Below are positions 39,339 to 45,218 of a stretch of DNA of 64,000 nt, piece by piece (position 1 is the first letter of the stretch; every line of letters begins with the position of its first letter). This stretch comes from an uncultured Chitinophagales bacterium (GTDB lineage Bacteria; Bacteroidota; Bacteroidia; Chitinophagales; S012-47): positions 68,991-132,990 of the forward strand of contig CAYRDC010000002.1 of NCBI GenBank assembly GCA_964422925.1. The letters run 5' to 3'. The position numbers and the translations under genes are program-made. The notes beneath the pieces are model-generated. The model was not told the DNA's origin. It saw nothing but the letters and a program-made list of their open reading frames with translations, and did no database searches.

Positions 39339-40067
39339 TCAAACAGCCGGGGTCAGGGCTTTTATTTCCGGCATTTCGTTATACAACCTTCCGTCCAGTT
39401 TTCGCCCTGCTTTTTTCTTCTTGAATCCGCCCCACTGTTTGAAGAAAAATTTAACGCCCGTCTCTTTACACTGGTCTCGGATTTCAAGCACCCATTCCTT
39501 TTTCATGGGCCTGGCCTTCGGTCCGGATTCACCGCCAACAATGACCCAATCAATGTCATGCAGATTTAAACCGGGTAATGGGCCGAGCAGCGGTTCCAGC
39601 GAAAGGAATTTTATAAATGCCCCGGTGCTTCGCAGGTAATCAATCCGCTGAATAACTTTTTGATTCTCCACGGAAACACCCATCCAGATATTTGGGGTCC
39701 ATTCCAGCAGGGGGCTGTATTCCGCCAGGATATCAGCCCGTTTGGTCAGCAACTGGAAAGTATGCATGGGGTTATCGCGCATGACCCTGAACACTTCCCG
39801 GATGTAGTCAAGCGGAACGTCTTTGTGAAACAAATCGCTCATGGAATTCACGAACACCAGTTTGGGCTTCTTCCAAGTATAGGGAATGTTAAGCGTATCC
39901 GGATGCAGGGTTAGTTTAAACCCGTTCCGGTATTTGGGCTGCCCCATTGCCTTCAGGCGTCTGGACATAATTTCCGCGTAGCAGAATTTACATCCATCCG
40001 AGATTTTCGTGCACCCTGTGGTGGGGTTCCAGGTCATTTCCGTCCATTCAATGCGGGATTGGGCCAT
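39339..40067 (-). CDS. DUF5131 / phage Gp37-Gp68-family protein (three-Cys motif)
   Basis: 242 aa. [32 protein letters not shown] is the N-terminal three-Cys cluster. ...[15 protein letters not shown]...FFFKQWGG matches the family signature as I recall it. Confidence 0.8.
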   Translation of the reverse strand: MAQSRIEWTEMTWNPTTGCTKISDGCKFCYAEIMSRRLKAMGQPKYRNGFKLTLHPDTLNIPYTWKKPKLVFVNSMSDLFHKDVPLDYIREVFRVMRDNPMHTFQLLTKRADILAEYSPLLEWTPNIWMGVSVENQKVIQRIDYLRSTGAFIKFLSLEPLLGPLPGLNLHDIDWVIVGGESGPKARPMKKEWVLEIRDQCKETGVKFFFKQWGGFKKKKAGRKLDGRLYNEMPEIKALTPAV

Positions 40068-40069
40068 GA

Positions 40070-40915
40070 CTAAAAGTTTAGTGATGTTTGGGGATTGGCG
40101 TACTTCTGGACTTCTCTCCAGAATTTATTTCCTAAATTATGTTTTGAAAAAAAAGCAAGATAATAAAGAGGGAGATTTCTTTTATCAGACCTGATCTGTT
40201 GAAAGGTGTCTGTTACTTTATAACCCAATTTTTCCATATTCATTTTATAATGTCTAGCTAAGAATCGAACAAAGCTCTCATTACTTTCAATTTTTTCATT
40301 TCTCCACTCAGAATTATCAATGAACAGGTCGATTTTATCGTTTTCGCTTTCAAGGTATGTTTTATAATTGCGGTTTGCGTCCATATGCAATGCTAGAAGA
40401 ATAAGAAAGTCCATTTTAAGGACTCCCAACTTTTTAATGGTATTAAAATGAAGGTTCAATGAGTATGGATCAACAAAACAAAATGATAACACACCACTTT
40501 CTCTCGAATAGGAAGGTATTACGTTCTTAACCTCGTCAACAATTTTATTAATGTCTCCATTAAAAAATACAACGTCTTTATCGGGAAAAATACGATTGAC
40601 ACGAACCTGTAGGGCTTCAATTAAACCTTTTTTCTTCTCGCAGAAGATATATTTTGTGAATGGTACAGGGAGCTATAAAGATATTAATGGTGAACCATAA
40701 ATGATTTGGTTTGTATTTCTAATTCTGGAATAGCCACTCCCTGCAAACAAATCTAAATAGATGAGATTAGGCCATTGAGCATGCATGCTTCTTGTAAATA
40801 TTTGGCAATAATGTCCGAAAAGCTTGTATTTCTGTAGAGCCCAACTACCTACTTCAGGAGCAGGTAAACCATCGTCTTGAGCTTCGATTATTGGATTCCA
40901 ATTATCTTTAGACAT
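40070..40915 (-). pseudogene. TcmP-like (three-Cys-motif partner) protein, interrupted by one in-frame TAG
   Basis: Manual translation shows the two track ORFs (40673..40915 and 40070..40492) share one frame. They join through ...YGSPLISL*LPVPFTKYIFCEKKKGLIEAL...SRESGVLSFCFVDPYS..., and the only stop is the TAG at 40675-40673. The N-terminus contains LDLFAGSGY, a SAM-methyltransferase motif-I-like sequence. Confidence 0.7.
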
Positions 40916-40916
40916 T

Positions 40917-41288
40917 TCAATTATATTGAATCACCCCTTTAACGATCCCTTCAATTTTTACTGCTTCCGGTTTTGCCAGAATCGGGGAATATTTTGCCTG
41001 GTTTTCAGAAGCTAATATAACCTGTTTCTGCTGTATGAAAAATTTCTTGATAAGCACCATTGAATTGTACACGCACACTACCATGTCTCCGTTTTCCGCG
41101 ACCCGGCTTTTTTTGGCTATCACCAGGTCTCCCGTTTTGATTTTTGGTTCCATGGAATCCCCCCTGGCTTCGACCAGGAAAGCATCTTTTGCCGGAAACC
41201 GGATAAGCCGGGAAGCGATGGGGATACGGTCTATCGGTTTGCCGTCCAGTATGGAACCCTCCGGGCCGCATCGGGCCATGCCGTACAA
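40917..41288 (-). CDS. S24 (LexA/UmuD-type) peptidase domain protein without a DNA-binding domain
   Basis: It has the GDSMEP Ser motif and a downstream Lys (VLIKKF). A C-G dipeptide lies at the position of the UmuD Cys24-Gly25 self-cleavage site, only 6 residues from the TTG start (41288). The alternative ATG is at 41279. The gene lies 1 nt upstream of the TcmP start. Confidence 0.72.
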   Translation of the reverse strand: MYGMARCGPEGSILDGKPIDRIPIASRLIRFPAKDAFLVEARGDSMEPKIKTGDLVIAKKSRVAENGDMVVCVYNSMVLIKKFFIQQKQVILASENQAKYSPILAKPEAVKIEGIVKGVIQYN

Positions 41289-41373
41289 ATTCAGATAAAC
41301 AATCGGCTTTTCCGGTTCGGGAAGAATATCTTCTTTTATCGCGTAAAATGATTGAGTAAATTCATTAGAAAGA

Positions 41374-41392
41374 ACAAGTATATAATACTTGT
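41374..41392. promoter_or_regulatory. Candidate operator palindrome ACAAGTAT-ata-ATACTTGT
   Basis: The inverted repeat has perfect 8-bp arms. It lies in the AT-rich divergent region between the S24 operon and the Ubl cassette. Confidence 0.3.
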
Positions 41393-41522
41393 AATAACAT
41401 AAATGAGAATGCTTTATTATTTCTAGTAGTGCTATATTTACTTACATTAAACTTACGTTTAGAATTAAAATTGTAAGAGTCTGTAAAAAGAAAACGCGCA
41501 TAATAATATAGCAGATGGGTAT

Positions 41523-41552
41523 TTTGAAATAATACTTTCTTTTTTATATTTG
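41523..41552 (+). promoter_or_regulatory. Candidate Bacteroidota sigma-A promoter (-33 TTTG / -7 TATATTTG) for the Ubl cassette
   Basis: TTTG lies at 41523-41526 and TAnnTTTG at 41545-41552, with an 18-nt spacer. The -7 box is 67 nt upstream of the ATG at 41619. This is a motif match only. Confidence 0.3.
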
Positions 41553-41618
41553 CTATGTAAATACCTAATTTTAACGAGAAAAAGAAATGAATTGTATTAC
41601 CTTTTAAAAAAGAGAATT

Positions 41619-41867
41619 ATGGAAAAATCAAAGAAAGAAGAGAATTATGAAATCACAATTGATCAAAAGCACTACAAAGTTAAGGATCGGTTTATTACAG
41701 GAAGTCAAATTAAATCATTGGCTGGCGTGCCTTCAACTTATGGTGTTTGGTTAAAAGTTAAGGGACCTCACAACGATAAGGAGATAATGGACGATGAAAA
41801 GGTTGACTTAAAAGAACATGGTGCGGAGCATTTCTTTACTGGTTCAAAAACAACAACGGCAGGATGA
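41619..41867 (+). CDS. Ubiquitin-like beta-grasp protein ('multiubiquitin'-type domain, single copy) ending in -Ala-Gly
   Basis: 82 aa from the ATG at 41619: MEKSKKEENYEITIDQKHYKVKDRFITGSQIKSLAGVP...DDEKVDLKEHGAEHFFTGSKTTTAG*. The pattern (I.v....y.v....itG.qI..lAG.p...L......d..i.dde.vdl...g..F) matches my recollection of the multiubiquitin family. The stop overlaps the next gene's ATG (ATGA). Confidence 0.72.
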   Translation: MEKSKKEENYEITIDQKHYKVKDRFITGSQIKSLAGVPSTYGVWLKVKGPHNDKEIMDDEKVDLKEHGAEHFFTGSKTTTAG

Positions 41868-42247
41868 CATTCTTACCGGAGGCTGATAGGGACTATTTAA
41901 GATCGAAGGAGTATCAATTTGAGGAAATAGTTGATAGTAATAGAAATGGACTGGTAATTAGAGATTATTGTTTGCCAAAAGAAAAGTTCAATATTGAAAT
42001 AGCAGACTTATTAATATTAATACCGCCTTGCTATCCTGATGTAAAACCTGATATGTGGTATTTTTACCCCGCCATTTTTTTAACTCCCTCAAACCGGGTA
42101 ATACCACAAACAGAGGGCACTATACATTTTGGAGGTAGAGAATGGCAAAGATGGTCTCGTCATTTTCCAGCTAGTGAATGGAGAGCTGGAATAGATGGAA
42201 TACATACTTACTTAAAGAAAATAGATTCATCATTATTAAATGCTTAA
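41864..42247 (+). CDS. Prokaryotic E2/UBC-like protein (family-E-like)
   Basis: 127 aa. LILIPPCYPDVKPDMWYFYP resembles the UBC YPxxPPxxxF strand-loop. It is followed by FGGREWQRWSRHFP. The gene is translationally coupled on both sides (ATGA and TAATG overlaps). Confidence 0.72.
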   Translation: MTFLPEADRDYLRSKEYQFEEIVDSNRNGLVIRDYCLPKEKFNIEIADLLILIPPCYPDVKPDMWYFYPAIFLTPSNRVIPQTEGTIHFGGREWQRWSRHFPASEWRAGIDGIHTYLKKIDSSLLNA

Positions 42248-43632
42248 TGAGATATACATTAACATTGCAGGAGTCACATTACGAAGCACTTCGTAATCAT
42301 TTAATTCGAAAAGATCAACGAGAAAGGGTTGCTTTTATAATTTGTGGACGTTCCAAAATTGGAAGTCTTGAAGAACGATTTCTTACCCGGGAAGTTATTC
42401 TTTTTGGTGATGACAAGCTATTGATTTCTCGTCCTAATCAGGTAAAATGGGACAACTACCATTTTATAAAGATATTAAAAGATATTGAAACTAAAGGTTT
42501 TGCTGTTGTAATTATTCACAATCATCCATCTGGTTTTGAAGATTTTTCAAAAGCAGATGATGAGGGGGAATATCATCTTTTTAAATTAACTTTTAACCGT
42601 AATGGTGGAACCAGACCACATGCAAGTTTGATCATGATGCCTGATGGACTCATATTTGGTAGAGCTTGGAAAAGTGATTTGTCCAATGAACCGCTTTCAT
42701 TGATAAGAATAATCGGAAAAACATTTCAGCTATATTATCCAAACAGGTTAAAAAATTATCAGTCTCCTGAGGCTTTCCATCGACAGCAATTGGCATTTGG
42801 AAAAGCTTTAATTCAAGACCTATCTCAAATAACTTGTACAGTCGTTGGGGCAGGAGCAACGGGTTCTGCTACTGCTTTGCTATTAACCCGTTTGGGAATT
42901 GGAACTATTAATATCATAGATAAGGACATTGTTGAGAAGACTAATTTAAATCGATTGCATGGTGCAACAGTCAAGGATATAGGCAAAAGCAAAGTGGATG
43001 TCTTAAGGAAGAGTATTGAAGAAATAGGATTGGGGACGCGTGTAAATGTATCAAGTGATTGGGTTGATGCTAAATCCAGCATTGAACTTCTGAAGAGTAG
43101 TGATATAATTTTTGGTTGCACAGATGATCATGCTGGTAGAATATTACTCAATCGTTTTGCCTATTTCTATCTTACACCGGTAATTGATATGGGGTTATTT
43201 ATTAAACTTAAAGATGATTCTTCTGGAATGCAGAGTCTGCAGGGAAGGATATCTTATTTATATCCTGGAAGTGATTGCCTTTTGACAAATGGGAACATTA
43301 ATATGGATATTGCGATTGCTGAAAACCTGAAGAGAAAAAATCCGGAGCAGTATAATGACCTAAAAAATGAAAAATATGTGATAGGAGAGGGAAATCAATC
43401 TCCATCTGTAGTAACATTTACTACACAAATTGCATGCATGGCAGTTAATGAATTTCTTAACCGAATACAGAAATTTAATCCAAATGGATTTCAATCTCAT
43501 AAATTATATTTTTTTAACTTAGATGAAAAAATTGTTCCTCATAATGACAAAAAGAATTGCTGTCAAATCTGTGGCGTTGATTCAAATTGGGGTAGAGGAG
43601 ACATGGAGCCTTTCTTAGATATGGCAATGTAA
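42247..43632 (+). CDS. JAB/JAMM deubiquitinase-like domain fused to ThiF/MoeB-type E1 adenylyltransferase
   Basis: 461 aa from the ATG at 42247. There is a perfect JAMM motif H91-N-H93-x7-S101-x2-D104 (HNHPSGFEDFSKAD, nt 42517-42558). The Rossmann motif VVGAGATGSATALLLTRLGIG (nt 42847-) is followed by IIDKDIVEKTNLNRLHG and GCTDDHAGR. The C-terminus has CCQICG. Confidence 0.85.
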   Translation: MRYTLTLQESHYEALRNHLIRKDQRERVAFIICGRSKIGSLEERFLTREVILFGDDKLLISRPNQVKWDNYHFIKILKDIETKGFAVVIIHNHPSGFEDFSKADDEGEYHLFKLTFNRNGGTRPHASLIMMPDGLIFGRAWKSDLSNEPLSLIRIIGKTFQLYYPNRLKNYQSPEAFHRQQLAFGKALIQDLSQITCTVVGAGATGSATALLLTRLGIGTINIIDKDIVEKTNLNRLHGATVKDIGKSKVDVLRKSIEEIGLGTRVNVSSDWVDAKSSIELLKSSDIIFGCTDDHAGRILLNRFAYFYLTPVIDMGLFIKLKDDSSGMQSLQGRISYLYPGSDCLLTNGNINMDIAIAENLKRKNPEQYNDLKNEKYVIGEGNQSPSVVTFTTQIACMAVNEFLNRIQKFNPNGFQSHKLYFFNLDEKIVPHNDKKNCCQICGVDSNWGRGDMEPFLDMAM

Positions 43633-43643
43633 CTAATATAAAA

Positions 43644-44060
43644 ATGAATTTATACCATAAAGCGGTTGGATATCTTTACTGGAAGTTTGGACTATTCAAA
43701 TATCGAGCTAAAATGATTTTGGAGAACCCAAAACCTGAAGAAATTAAAAAAAATATAGTTTATATCGTGGGTGGTAAGAATTATGTTAAATGGGCATACC
43801 TTAAATGCCCAGATTGTTGTGGTGAAACCATTTTATTGTCACTTGTATCTAACAAAGGTCCTTCATGGAAAATAAAACAAGATAAAAAGGGACGAGTAAC
43901 GAGATATCCTTCTATTTTTAAACAAGATGGATGTAGAAGCCATTTTTTTATTATTGATGGAAATTTAGTTTGGTTGAATAATGAAAATGAAGAAGAGCAC
44001 AAAGAATATTTCAATGTTATTGGGAAGCAGGCAGATACATTTTGTTCAATAAAGCTGTGA
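43644..44060 (+). CDS. Small Cys/His protein, DUF6527-like (recollection), fourth gene of the Ubl cassette
   Basis: 138 aa. WAYLKCPDCCGETILLSL...PSWKI...RYPSIF...GCRSHFFIIDGNLVW. It starts 11 nt after the E1 gene. An alternative start is Met24. Confidence 0.6.
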   Translation: MNLYHKAVGYLYWKFGLFKYRAKMILENPKPEEIKKNIVYIVGGKNYVKWAYLKCPDCCGETILLSLVSNKGPSWKIKQDKKGRVTRYPSIFKQDGCRSHFFIIDGNLVWLNNENEEEHKEYFNVIGKQADTFCSIKL

Positions 44061-45153
44061 AGAATGAATCTAGTTCTACGATAGTTTGAGATTGGAAGGA
44101 TATGATTTCAGCCAAACTATCAAGCATATAAACAATTTCTTGTTGTTTCTCAATGTTGGGAAGTGGCATTTTAATTTGATAGAATTTATCCATTTTTAAT
44201 CTTCGCCTGTTAGTACTTCCCTCGCTCGCAGCTTTGCAGGCATTATCAAAAAGCATGGTGCGGGAAAAATAATCGAAATACTTCGCTAATACACGGTCAG
44301 TGAAACTAAAAACTGGAAAGTCGTTGGTAACTATAGCACCGTCAAGCTCGGGCGGTATTAAACCCATTGCTCCATTCCTGGCATCAATTTTTGAGATGAT
44401 AAAATAACCTTTCCTTACGATGAATTGGGCTGATCTGATTTTAGAACCTTGAATTATTTTTCTAAGTTGGACCCCTTTGTGATCCATTTTTACAGTAACC
44501 TGTTTGTATGCCTTTTCAGGAAGTATTTCAGCTGGATTCCTTTCGTGTACAAGTATTTCTCCGATTTCTATATTAGGGTATATGTTGTAATAATCGGTAA
44601 ATATGCTGTTATGTAAATTTGTATATATCCTTCCCTGCTCCCTCCTCAGCTTTTCAATTTCCTCCATTCGCTGCCGCACGGCATCCAGCTTAGCTACAAT
44701 GCGCTTTTGCTCTTCCAGTGGGGGGAGGGGGATTTCTACTGATAGGAATTTATCGGGTTTTATTTCGGTCTTTATTCCACTAGGGAAACTTTGTTTTAAA
44801 TAAAAGGAAAATTCTCTACTTCTTAAGAAGTACCATAAATATTTTAAATCGACCTTTTTGTCATCGGGATAGTAAGACGAATAATGAATGGTGGCAGCTA
44901 ATTCGCAACCAGTGTCATTGATTGCTATTGCTCCTTTCTCGACATTTATTCCCGAAATAACCAAGTCATTCGGTTGAATAGAAATTAGCTTTGTATTGGA
45001 GGTGCCATCATTGCGTATTAAAATAGTACCATCATTAAATCCAATCTTGGCAACAATTGGAATATCGCCTATAGCAACTTTGATAGCATCAGGTAGTTCG
45101 TTCCTATTATACAGAACCTCTCCCAATGGTGATTTTGGCCATCTATGCTTCAT
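44017..45153 (-). CDS. hsdS: Type I restriction-modification specificity subunit
   Basis: 378 aa with two target-recognition domains. These are separated by the conserved helices PLPPLEEQKRIVAKLDAV...IEKLRREQ and the C-terminal PLPNIEKQQEIVYMLDSL. Confidence 0.88.
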   Translation of the reverse strand: MKHRWPKSPLGEVLYNRNELPDAIKVAIGDIPIVAKIGFNDGTILIRNDGTSNTKLISIQPNDLVISGINVEKGAIAINDTGCELAATIHYSSYYPDDKKVDLKYLWYFLRSREFSFYLKQSFPSGIKTEIKPDKFLSVEIPLPPLEEQKRIVAKLDAVRQRMEEIEKLRREQGRIYTNLHNSIFTDYYNIYPNIEIGEILVHERNPAEILPEKAYKQVTVKMDHKGVQLRKIIQGSKIRSAQFIVRKGYFIISKIDARNGAMGLIPPELDGAIVTNDFPVFSFTDRVLAKYFDYFSRTMLFDNACKAASEGSTNRRRLKMDKFYQIKMPLPNIEKQQEIVYMLDSLAEIISFQSQTIVELDSFFTALLNKMYLPASQ

Positions 45154-45218
45154 TTCCCACTGACTTGTTTTGATTCTCAGTCTAAAGCCTTATATATTTT
45201 CCCACCTTCCGGGGTATA

